Positions 18,015-25,903 of a stretch of DNA of 36,596 nucleotides are shown here, one piece after another (positions within the stretch are counted from its first letter, which is position 1; every line of letters starts with the position of its first letter). Where the stretch lies: positions 1-36,596 of the forward strand of contig DATDCF010000246.1 in the NCBI GenBank assembly GCA_036524475.1, written 5' to 3'. The translations under genes and the position numbers were made by a program. Source of the stretch: Acidimicrobiia bacterium. GTDB taxonomy: Bacteria > Actinomycetota > Acidimicrobiia > Spongiisociales > ZC4RG35. The notes under the pieces are model-generated. The model was given only the letters and a program-made list of their open reading frames with translations, was not told the DNA's origin and did not search any database.

Positions 18015-18922
18015 CACCTGACCAGCACGTCGAGCATCACCGCAGTGAACAGAGCCGAAAGGTAAACCGTCGATGTGGTGAAAAGACGCATCGCCTTGTC
18101 CGGGTCTTTGTAGACCGCCCAGGTGTCGTACAGAAACCAACCGCCGAGGCCGAGTGCCGCAACCAGGTAGATCCACCGCATGCCAGCCGTGGGAACCAGG
18201 ATCAACGACACACCCACCATCAGTGCGGCGTAGAGCAACATCCGTCGCGCCGTCGCCTCGACACCGGCAACCACCGGAAGCATCGGCACCCCGGCACGCT
18301 CGTAATCAGATCGATACCGAACGGCCAGTGCCCAGAAATGGGGAGGCGTCCAGTAAAAGACCACGAAGAAGAGGATCCACGCCGGGAGTGCAAGTGTCCC
18401 GGTCACGGCAGCCCAACCGACGAGAACAGGTGCTGCCCCGGCGGCACCACCGATGACGATGTTCTGTGGAGTGCGCCGCTTCAACCCGATCGTGTAGACA
18501 AAAACGTAGAACAAGAGGGCCGCAGTGCTGATCACACCTGCCAGGAGGTTCGATGTGAACCAGAGGACTAAAAACCCGGCAGAACCAAGAACTATTCCGA
18601 AGATGAGGGCCTTGTCCGGCTCGACCTCGTGGCGGGCCAGAGGCCGCGATCTGGTCCGTCGCATGATCTCGTCGATATCACGGTCGTAGACACAATTGAG
18701 GACATTCGCCCCGGCGGCCGACAGCGTTCCCCCCAACAATGTCGCAACGACCAACCACCAGCCCGGCCATCTACCCGCAGCGAGGACCATGGCCGGAACC
18801 GTTGTGATCAGGAGGAGCTCGATGATTCGCGGTTTGGTCAGCGCGATATAGGCGCCAATGCGGGACCGGGCAGGCAGGTCGACTATGACCGTAGGAATGG
18901 TCTCAGCAGTCACGGCGACCAC
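18014..18922 (-). CDS. ctaB: protoheme IX farnesyltransferase (heme O synthase)
   Basis: 302-aa ORF with GTG start. UbiA-family heme O synthase motifs: LTKPRIIELLLITT, NCVYDRDIDEIMRRTRSRPLA, and nine hydrophobic segments. Confidence 0.95.
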   Translation of the reverse strand: MVAVTAETIPTVIVDLPARSRIGAYIALTKPRIIELLLITTVPAMVLAAGRWPGWWLVVATLLGGTLSAAGANVLNCVYDRDIDEIMRRTRSRPLARHEVEPDKALIFGIVLGSAGFLVLWFTSNLLAGVISTAALLFYVFVYTIGLKRRTPQNIVIGGAAGAAPVLVGWAAVTGTLALPAWILFFVVFYWTPPHFWALAVRYRSDYERAGVPMLPVVAGVEATARRMLLYAALMVGVSLILVPTAGMRWIYLVAALGLGGWFLYDTWAVYKDPDKAMRLFTTSTVYLSALFTAVMLDVLVR

Positions 18923-18947
18923 GGTACCCGTATCCAGGAATCAGGCA

Positions 18948-19091
18948 CTATTCGTCGTCCTTGCCGACCTCAGCAGATGCTCTTGCACGCGCTCGCTTCT
19001 CAGCCCACCGGATTGCCCACAGCGCCAGCAGAGCAGGCACGACAAACACCCCGACCTCATCGATACCGCCGTAGTGGGCAAGCGTTCTCAT
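18948..19091 (-). CDS. unannotated 47-aa single-TM mini-protein (below the ORF-track size cut-off)
   Basis: The ATG at 19091-19089 overlaps the TGA of the upstream membrane-protein gene (ATGA). Translation: MRTLAHYGGIDEVGVFVVPALLALWAIRWAEKRARARASAEVGKDDE. That is one hydrophobic helix followed by a positively charged stretch. TAG at 18950-18948 lies 25 nt upstream of the ctaB GTG. Confidence 0.45.
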   Translation of the reverse strand: MRTLAHYGGIDEVGVFVVPALLALWAIRWAEKRARARASAEVGKDDE

Positions 19092-20446
19092 CCGGCGAGA
19101 ATCACTAAACCAAGCGACGTCAGTGCCACCATGAGGACAAGCATTGCATATTGGGACCTGACCGCGTCCGGCCCGAAGTCGACCAGAGCGCGATCGTGGG
19201 CCAGGACGACCCCGAGCACGTGGCCGACCACGATCACGGCCAACTGGAAGTACCAGATCGGTTCGGTCGCCGTGATGAAGAAGTCGACCGAGCGATCAGC
19301 AGTCCCGAAGAGGTCCCAACCAAGAGCGAACGGATCCGAGATTGCGGAGAACAGCTGTTGGCCTTCGAAAATGATCAGGGTGAAGTAGTGAGCGACGGCA
19401 TATGCGAGGGCGATGGGAATCAGGGTATGGGCAAATCGTCGTGCCACCCTGCTCGCATCTGTCCCTTGCGATAATCGCGCCGCCAGCCAGGATGCCGACC
19501 AGTAGGCGGCAGACACTACCCCGATGCACCCGAGTAGCAGGACGGTCTGGCCCGGAGGGCTTTGAATCAGGCTTTGCGTTGCCGTCCGGAACCAGACCGT
19601 TCCACTTGCCCCGTCATAAGTGACGGTGCCAATTGCCGCCAGAACGAAGAAGGTGAGTCCGGGCCACGGGGGCAGGACAGGCAGGGCGCGGAGCCATCCG
19701 CGCCACACCAGATACCCATCGCCATCTCGCCCGAGAGGTGAAATGGCCGAAATGATGCGGTTGTAGCCCGTGAACAAGTCGGCAACAACCAAACCGGTCT
19801 CCCGGCCGAGCAGCGCCATCGAACCGAACAAGTAGCCCGAATAGATGATTGCCGCCCATCCCAGTGCAGCCGGATTCCCCGAATCGGGGCTGATCAACTC
19901 CAACCATGCAAATGCGACGAGAGCCACGCTTGCCGGCCAAATCCCGAATCGGTCGAGCAGGTCATTCTTCTCGGTTTCACCGATCCGGAGCGCCGATCCG
20001 ATGGAACCCCAGGGATTGATCGCCCGGTACCAGTTTCCAATAAATGCGGCGAGGAACGGAATGACGAGCCACAGCACCACCCATACCAGGACCGGGGCAA
20101 TCGTGGGCCGTCCACGAACCTGTTCTATTCCCAGCAGACTCGGGACGACCTGGCCCACCACCAACAGCAAGCCCACGACTCCGGCAGCCCCCAGCGAGAC
20201 ACCGAGCCAGCGAGGTATGACAACCAACCGCCGTTCGCTTATCGGACGATTGAGCCTGGGTTCGGGCCAGAGAAGCGCAAGGGCCACGAAAGACAGGACG
20301 AGGGCGCTTGCAGCCGCTACCACGAAGTAGGACAGGGGCACAGGAAGGTCGAGACGCCCCCCGATCCCGTGGGCGAGAGCAATTCCCGGTGACAGAAATA
20401 CCAGGCCCCCCGCAACCACTATTGCTGCCGGGAGGCGTCGTATCAA
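19088..20446 (-). CDS. hypothetical polytopic membrane protein with cleavable signal peptide
   Basis: 452-aa ORF with TTG start in a TTGA overlap with the upstream lipoprotein stop. The N-terminus MIRRLPAAIVVAGGLVFLSPGIALA|HGIGG looks like a Sec signal with an A-x-A site. About 10 further TM helices follow. There are His-containing C-terminal helices (FAHTLIPIALAYAVAHYF, GHVLGVVLAHDRA). No family recognised. Confidence 0.8.
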   Translation of the reverse strand: MIRRLPAAIVVAGGLVFLSPGIALAHGIGGRLDLPVPLSYFVVAAASALVLSFVALALLWPEPRLNRPISERRLVVIPRWLGVSLGAAGVVGLLLVVGQVVPSLLGIEQVRGRPTIAPVLVWVVLWLVIPFLAAFIGNWYRAINPWGSIGSALRIGETEKNDLLDRFGIWPASVALVAFAWLELISPDSGNPAALGWAAIIYSGYLFGSMALLGRETGLVVADLFTGYNRIISAISPLGRDGDGYLVWRGWLRALPVLPPWPGLTFFVLAAIGTVTYDGASGTVWFRTATQSLIQSPPGQTVLLLGCIGVVSAAYWSASWLAARLSQGTDASRVARRFAHTLIPIALAYAVAHYFTLIIFEGQQLFSAISDPFALGWDLFGTADRSVDFFITATEPIWYFQLAVIVVGHVLGVVLAHDRALVDFGPDAVRSQYAMLVLMVALTSLGLVILAG

Positions 20447-20895
20447 GGGGTTACCTCAACCTCAAATACGAGAGTGTGTGTGTCTTCGAGTTCCGCCTCG
20501 AAAACGCCCGGAATCCCGGCCGAAAACTCCACATCGGTGGTTTCGCCCGCGACCAGGTCTATGAAAATGTCGTAACCGTGAATGTGGAGTTCGCCAGGGA
20601 CCGACGATTGGACTCGAATCGACACCTCGTCGCCAAGGGCGAAGGAAAAGAGATCGGGCCCTTCGATCGAAATGGCCGGGTCGTCGGCTGTTCCGCCGGA
20701 AATAACGATGTCGGGTTCCTGAGCGGTGGAAGTTGTGGTATCCGGGGCCTTAGTCGACGTGGTTGGCTGTTTGGTTGTCGTCGACGTGACGGTACTGGCA
20801 GCCGTTGTCGCCACCGTGACAGTGGGCTCCGACACTTCACTTCCACAGGAGACGAGAACCAGGGCAAGCAAAGTCAGAATGACAGAGATTTTCAC
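20443..20895 (-). CDS. hypothetical lipoprotein: Thr-rich linker plus small beta-rich domain with HxH motif
   Basis: I take the start at GTG 20895 (VKISVILTLLALVLVSCGSE, lipobox LVSC), giving 150 aa. The track ORF's upstream 109 residues look non-coding and overlap the divergent acylase promoter region. The mature protein has a Thr/Ser/Pro linker, then ...VSIRVQSSVPGELHIHGYDIFIDLVAGETTDVEFSAGIPGVFEAELEDTHTLVFEVEVTP. Confidence 0.7.
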   Translation of the reverse strand: MKISVILTLLALVLVSCGSEVSEPTVTVATTAASTVTSTTTKQPTTSTKAPDTTTSTAQEPDIVISGGTADDPAISIEGPDLFSFALGDEVSIRVQSSVPGELHIHGYDIFIDLVAGETTDVEFSAGIPGVFEAELEDTHTLVFEVEVTP

Positions 20896-20940
20896 GGCGC
20901 AACGATATCCGCCCCGCCGACGAAAACGGAAAGTGCGGGT

Positions 20941-23469
20941 ATGGCTGGGTATTCTCCGCGAATGCGGTGGCTGAAACGTCTTTTGATTCTTCTGCTCGTT
21001 TTGGTCGTCGGTCTCGGAGTATTTGGCTTCCTCACAGTTCGTGCTTCTTTCCCCCAGCTCAATGGGGAAGTCGAAGTCACCGGGCTGGGTACAGAAGTGC
21101 AGGTGATCAGAGATGAATATGGGATTCCGCACATCTATGCCAGTACTGTCTCCGACCTGTTCAGGGCCCAGGGCTATGTCGAAGCCCAGGATCGCTTCTT
21201 CCAAATGGACTTCTGGCGTCACATCGGGTCGGCGCGCCTGTCGGAGATGTTTGGTGATTCCCAGGTTGAAACTGACAAGTTCCTTCGCGCCTTCGACTTC
21301 GCCGGCACCGCCGAAGTCGAACTCGAGATGATGTCAGAGCAGGCTCGCAACATCCTGGAGTGGTACTCCGCCGGGATCAACGCCTATCTCGTGGACCACC
21401 AGGGGGCGAGCCTCAGCCTCGAGTACGCAATCCTGCCCCTATCAGCTCCCGGATACGAGCCCGAGCCGTGGAGCCCGGTCGATACGCTCACCTGGGCGAA
21501 GGTGATGTCATGGGACCTGAGCGGCAATTTCTCAGACGAGGTATCCCGGAGCGTCCTGGCCGAAACGCTCACGGTCGAGCAAGTCGAGCAGCTCTTTCCG
21601 CCCTATCCCGACAATCACCCGGTCATCGTTCCCGACGAACTCCGAGCCGGTTTGTGGTCGCCGCCGGTCGTCGAAGTTCCGGAGGCCGCGATGATCGCCC
21701 TGCATTCGGCCGACACAGGGCGCCGGGCCGTGAATTCGCTAACCGGCGGTGGCTTCGAAGGGATCGGATCCAACAACTGGGTGATTTCCGGAGCTCATAC
21801 CGCGAGCGGAATGCCGATTCTTGCCAACGACCCCCACCTGCCAAATCAAATGCCATCCATCTGGTACGAGATCGGGCTTCACTGCACCCCGATCGGCCCC
21901 GATTGCCCCTTTGACGTTGTCGGCTTTACCTTTGCGGGAACTCCCGGAGTCGTGATCGGGCACAACTCCACGATCGCCTGGGGCGTCACCACCGAGGCCG
22001 CCGACACACAGGACCTTTTCATCGAGAAGCTCAACCCGCAAGACCCCGGCCAGTACGAGGTCGACGGTGCGTGGGTTGACATGCAGGTGCGATCGGAGAC
22101 GATCGAAATCGCAGGAGGAGACCCGGAGACCTACGACATCTATACCACCCGACACGGGCCGATAATCTCCGGTTTGCACGGCGGCGCAGATGAAATTACC
22201 GACCCGACCACCGAATATTCGGAGGGGTACGGTGTCGCCCTGGCCTGGACATCGCTCAGGCCCTCGACCCTGGTGGAGTCGATCATCGCGATCAATCTCG
22301 CCTCGAATTGGGAGGAATTCCGCACCGCTGCGTCTATGTGGGACGTCGCCGCCCAGAACCTGGTCTATGCCGATAGCAGCGGGAACATCGGATATCAGTC
22401 GACAGGGGAGATACCGGTGCGTCCCAACTCGGACGGACTCCGGCCGGTGCCGGGATGGGAAACTGCCAATGATTGGGTAGGCACGGTGCCTTTTGACCAG
22501 ATGCCGTTCATCTTCAATCCCGAACGGGGCTACATAGCCACAGCCAACCAGCCGGTCCTGGCTGCGGGCAGTTTGCCCTTCATCGGGCGTGACGGCGCCT
22601 ACGGCTACCGGGCGGCACGCATCGAGGAGTTGATCAATGAATCCCAGGGCCACGATGTCGCATCGGTGCAACGAATGCAGATGGACAACCGCGATGGGGG
22701 AGCCGCCAATATCGTCCCATCATTGATCACGGTACCAACCGATCAGCCCGAGGTCCTGGAGATCCAGGACATGCTCGAAGCATGGTCTCCCGGTAAGAGT
22801 GGTTTCCAGGCGGGAACAGACTCCCCGGGGGCGGCGGCGTATCAGGCGACATGGCGGTACCTGCTCGATCTGACATTCAGTGACGACCTACCCGAGGATG
22901 AGCGCCCCGTCGGTGGAAGTCGGTGGTTCCAGGTCGTCTCGAACCTGGTGAACACACCGGAGGACCCGTTATGGGACAACCAGAACACCCCCCAAGTCGA
23001 GTCGGCCAACGAAATCATGGAGGCGGCGATGGCATCAGCCCACTTCGAGATGACCGGACTGCTTGGTTCCGATAGTGAGAAATGGCGTTGGGGCGACCTA
23101 CACCTTGCCTCGTTTGAGAATCAGACTCTGGGCCAATCGGGGATCGCCCCGGTGGAATGGCTACTCAACCGGTCGGCCCCGAATCGAGTGGCGGGTAGCG
23201 ATTCGGTCATCAATTCTGTGGGATGGAATGCAACGATCGGGTATGAAGTCGACTGGGTCCCCTCGATGCGGATGGTGATCGACCTTGGCGACCTGGCCGG
23301 TTCGACATCGATCCATACCACCGGTCAGTCAGGCCACGCCTTCCACGGAAACTACGCGGACATGATCGACATGTGGACCGATGGTGAGCAACACCCCATG
23401 TTGTGGGATAGCACCCAGGTCGACGAAGCGGCAGTCAACATCTTGATCCTCAAGCCACTATCTGGCTAG
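20941..23469 (+). CDS. penicillin acylase family (Ntn-hydrolase S45) protein, membrane-anchored or secreted
   Basis: I take the start at ATG 20941 (MAGYSPRMRWLKRLLILLLVLVVGLGVFGF...), giving 842 aa. Motifs: IPHIYA, DRFFQMDFWRH, the beta-subunit N-terminal nucleophile context GSNNWVISG, and ANDPHL. The track ORF from 20308 is an artefactual upstream extension. Confidence 0.9.
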   Translation: MAGYSPRMRWLKRLLILLLVLVVGLGVFGFLTVRASFPQLNGEVEVTGLGTEVQVIRDEYGIPHIYASTVSDLFRAQGYVEAQDRFFQMDFWRHIGSARLSEMFGDSQVETDKFLRAFDFAGTAEVELEMMSEQARNILEWYSAGINAYLVDHQGASLSLEYAILPLSAPGYEPEPWSPVDTLTWAKVMSWDLSGNFSDEVSRSVLAETLTVEQVEQLFPPYPDNHPVIVPDELRAGLWSPPVVEVPEAAMIALHSADTGRRAVNSLTGGGFEGIGSNNWVISGAHTASGMPILANDPHLPNQMPSIWYEIGLHCTPIGPDCPFDVVGFTFAGTPGVVIGHNSTIAWGVTTEAADTQDLFIEKLNPQDPGQYEVDGAWVDMQVRSETIEIAGGDPETYDIYTTRHGPIISGLHGGADEITDPTTEYSEGYGVALAWTSLRPSTLVESIIAINLASNWEEFRTAASMWDVAAQNLVYADSSGNIGYQSTGEIPVRPNSDGLRPVPGWETANDWVGTVPFDQMPFIFNPERGYIATANQPVLAAGSLPFIGRDGAYGYRAARIEELINESQGHDVASVQRMQMDNRDGGAANIVPSLITVPTDQPEVLEIQDMLEAWSPGKSGFQAGTDSPGAAAYQATWRYLLDLTFSDDLPEDERPVGGSRWFQVVSNLVNTPEDPLWDNQNTPQVESANEIMEAAMASAHFEMTGLLGSDSEKWRWGDLHLASFENQTLGQSGIAPVEWLLNRSAPNRVAGSDSVINSVGWNATIGYEVDWVPSMRMVIDLGDLAGSTSIHTTGQSGHAFHGNYADMIDMWTDGEQHPMLWDSTQVDEAAVNILILKPLSG

Positions 23470-24360
23470 AAAATCGCCGATCTCCCCCGCCAATCGGACC
23501 GGATGGGTCCAGGGGACCTCGTGTCGGGCACCGGCGACCTCGACGACGGTGACATTTCGCAACGAAGATGCGAGCTCGTATTGCCACGAGACCGGCACCA
23601 GCTGATCCTCAGTGGGAATCACAACCAATGTGTCGGTGTCCAAACGACCGAGCCACTCACGGGAGTCGAAACGGAGCATGGCCAACGATGCCTGGGCGCC
23701 GGCATCCACGTCGCGACGATGAGTTTCCTCCCAGAACCAGCGGGCATGCTCGGCGGCGACGGCCCCGGTCGCGAGCAGATAGCCCGCCCGCACGTCCGGA
23801 GTTCCGAAGCCAAATATGCGTTCGAACCCGCGCACCAGGACACTTCCGACCGCACGCAGAGTACGGAGGGGTTGCGGGTGATACGTGAAGGTGGCGACCA
23901 GCACCATCTTCTTGACCCGGCCGGGATAGTGATGGGCCAGTTCCTGGGCAACGGCGCCGCCCAGTGAATACCCGACCACGTCGCACGTATCCACGCCGAG
24001 CTGGTCGAGCACACCGGCGATGTCGTCGGCTTCGTCGCTGATTTCGTATGGCCCCCGGGACAGCACTGAGAGTCCATGTCCACGGTGGTCGAGCAAGATC
24101 ACACGTCGATGTGCCGCCAGAAGAGGGGCAACCTCGTACCACTCCGCCAGCGAGGAACCGCCTAGACCGTGAATAACCAGCAACGGATCACCGGTCTCGG
24201 GGCCGGCCTCCCTGACCAGGAATTCGCTGTCACCGACGAATACGGTCCTACCCGCCTGTCTCCAGGGATGAACCTGCGGTTGCTTGAACTTCGGGGTCAA
24301 CACAGGGAGGAGGGCCCGGACCGCCAGGGCCGCCACGAGCAACTTCGTCAGGAAACTCAC
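23458..24360 (-). CDS. alpha/beta-fold hydrolase
   Basis: 300-aa ORF with GTG start in a GTGA overlap with the upstream stop. It has the oxyanion motif LLVIHGLGGSS, the nucleophile elbow VVGYSLGGAVA, and a C-terminal ...GARHEVPWTHP (catalytic His context). Confidence 0.85.
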   Translation of the reverse strand: MSFLTKLLVAALAVRALLPVLTPKFKQPQVHPWRQAGRTVFVGDSEFLVREAGPETGDPLLVIHGLGGSSLAEWYEVAPLLAAHRRVILLDHRGHGLSVLSRGPYEISDEADDIAGVLDQLGVDTCDVVGYSLGGAVAQELAHHYPGRVKKMVLVATFTYHPQPLRTLRAVGSVLVRGFERIFGFGTPDVRAGYLLATGAVAAEHARWFWEETHRRDVDAGAQASLAMLRFDSREWLGRLDTDTLVVIPTEDQLVPVSWQYELASSLRNVTVVEVAGARHEVPWTHPVRLAGEIGDFLAR

Positions 24361-24791
24361 GACTCGAGACTCCCGGTTGCAAATACATACTCCTCGACCG
24401 GATTCCCATCGACCAGATGCTCCTGGATGATCCGGTCCAGCTTCTCGATGGTCAGATGCGCGTACCAGGTGCCCTCGGGATAGACCACGGCGATCGGCCC
24501 CTGTTCACAGATCCGCAAGCAATCGACTTTGTTTCGCAACACCGACCCGTCGCCCGCAGGGACAGGTGTGGCCTCGACACCTGGCTTGCCATACCAGATG
24601 GGCGGAGCAGAGGTGAGGTCGAGTTCCTTCAGGCGCCTCTTGAGATGGGACCAGAGTTCGCTCGCTTCTTCCCGTGGGGCACATTTCGGAGTGGTCTGAT
24701 CAGCACACAGGAATATGTGCCTCTGAACGCGCGGTATCGACAGAGCGTTGGCAATCGATTCAAGCCGTTGTCGTGGATCCATTGGAGTCAT
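24357..24791 (-). CDS. thioredoxin-like [2Fe-2S] ferredoxin-domain protein
   Basis: 144-aa ORF. It has four Cys in the TRX-like ferredoxin arrangement (HIFLCADQTTPKC ... VDCLRIC), followed by EQGPIAVVYPEGTWY. Confidence 0.75.
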   Translation of the reverse strand: MTPMDPRQRLESIANALSIPRVQRHIFLCADQTTPKCAPREEASELWSHLKRRLKELDLTSAPPIWYGKPGVEATPVPAGDGSVLRNKVDCLRICEQGPIAVVYPEGTWYAHLTIEKLDRIIQEHLVDGNPVEEYVFATGSLES

Positions 24792-24833
24792 TTTGGCAAA
24801 TACGGGGCAGCTACCGTCAACCCGGGCAACCGG

Positions 24834-25853
24834 TTACGAAATTACCTCGATGCCGCCGCCTTTATTGAACCCACCGATCGTCACGGCGCCGGGAACCGCC
24901 ACCCGATAGTCCTCGACGTCCGATGGGTCGAGGGCGACGAGGAGTCCTCCCGAGGTCTGGGCGTCTACGAGGATACGGATGTCGACATCCCTCGAGTCCA
25001 CGAAGTCGCCGAACGACTCGAGGTTCCGCTTTGAACCACCCGCCCAGGCGCCTCGCTCGAGCAGTTCGCCAACCCCTTCGAGAACCGGGACCTCGCCGAA
25101 GTGGACGGTCGCTCCAACCCCTGATGCCTCACATATCTCACGGAGATGCCCGAGGAGGCCGAAACCGGTGACGTCAGTTGCGGCATGGGCGTTGCCGGGA
25201 ATCAGAGCAGCGCCGGAAACGGAGTTCAGGGCCGCCATCTGTTCGATTGCCGTCGCCGCCAGGTCGGGTGGACAGAAGCCCCTTTTGATCGCGGTGGTGA
25301 CGATCCCGATGCCCAGTGGCTTGGTCAGCACCATGAGGTCGCCGGGGCGGGCTCCGGAGATGGCGACCGCCTTACCCGCGTCAACCAGTCCGGTGACCGC
25401 ATAGCCGAACATCGGCTCAGGAGCATCGACGGAGTGGCCCCCGACCACCGTACAACCTGCCTGTGCCATCACATCGAGACCACCACGGAGCACATCGCCG
25501 GCGACCTGAAACGGCAATTCGTCACGGGGCCAGGCGAGAAACGTAAGTGCTGTCAACGGAATTCCACCCATGGCGTAGACGTCGCTGAGGGCGTTGGCGG
25601 CGGCGATTCGACCGAAGTCATAGGGTTCGTCGACTACGGGCGTGAAGATGTCGACCGTCTGCACCAGGGCGCGACCATCCCCCAGCGCATAGACGCCGGA
25701 ATCGTCGGCGACCGACAACCCGATCAGCAGATCAGGATGTTCGGTTGCGGGATGGCCATGGACTGGACGCAAGACCTGCGCCAACTCGGCAGCGCCGAGT
25801 TTGCAGGCTCAGCCAGCGCCGTGGCTGTACCGGGTTAGACGGGTAGCGGACAT
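24834..25853 (-). CDS. selD: selenide, water dikinase (selenophosphate synthetase), Sec-containing form with in-frame UGA at 25811-25809
   Basis: The track ORF (24834..25784) carries SelD motifs (VADDSGVY, DIFTPVVDEPYDFGRIAAANALSDVYAMGG). Reading the same frame upstream through TGA gives ATG(25853) MSATRLTRYSHGAG-U-ACKLGAAELAQVL. This reproduces the conserved SelD N-terminus (E. coli RLTQYSHGAGCGCK), with TGA at the catalytic Cys17/Sec position. The full length of 339 aa is typical of the family. Confidence 0.9.
25775..25807 (-). promoter_or_regulatory. candidate bacterial SECIS stem-loop immediately 3' of the selD UGA
   Basis: mRNA: UGA G CCUGC A AACUCGGC GCU GCCGAGUU GGC GCAGG. There is an 8-bp upper stem (AACUCGGC/GCCGAGUU) and a 5-bp lower stem (CCUGC/GCAGG), separated by a 1x3 internal loop. 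The structure starts 1 nt after the UGA. Confidence 0.55.
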
Positions 25854-25903
25854 GGCGTGAAACTTAACTAAGAACGATCGGTTGGTTACCCTTTCCACTT
25901 CCC

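Noticed and set aside
18015-18176. N-terminal extensions proposed by the ORF track: 17178..18176 (54 extra aa), 20443..21222 (109 extra aa), 20308..23469 (211 extra aa), 3069..4163 and 921..1403.
   Set aside because: The extensions overlap neighbouring well-supported genes or divergent promoter regions. Internal starts give canonical signal peptides or lipoboxes, or precise start/stop coupling with the upstream gene.
24792-24833. Short palindromes (CCCGGG, AACCGGTT) in the selD-ferredoxin spacer as possible regulatory sites.
   Set aside because: They are only 6-8-nt self-complementary words, which are common in GC-rich DNA. There is no extended dyad and no second copy.
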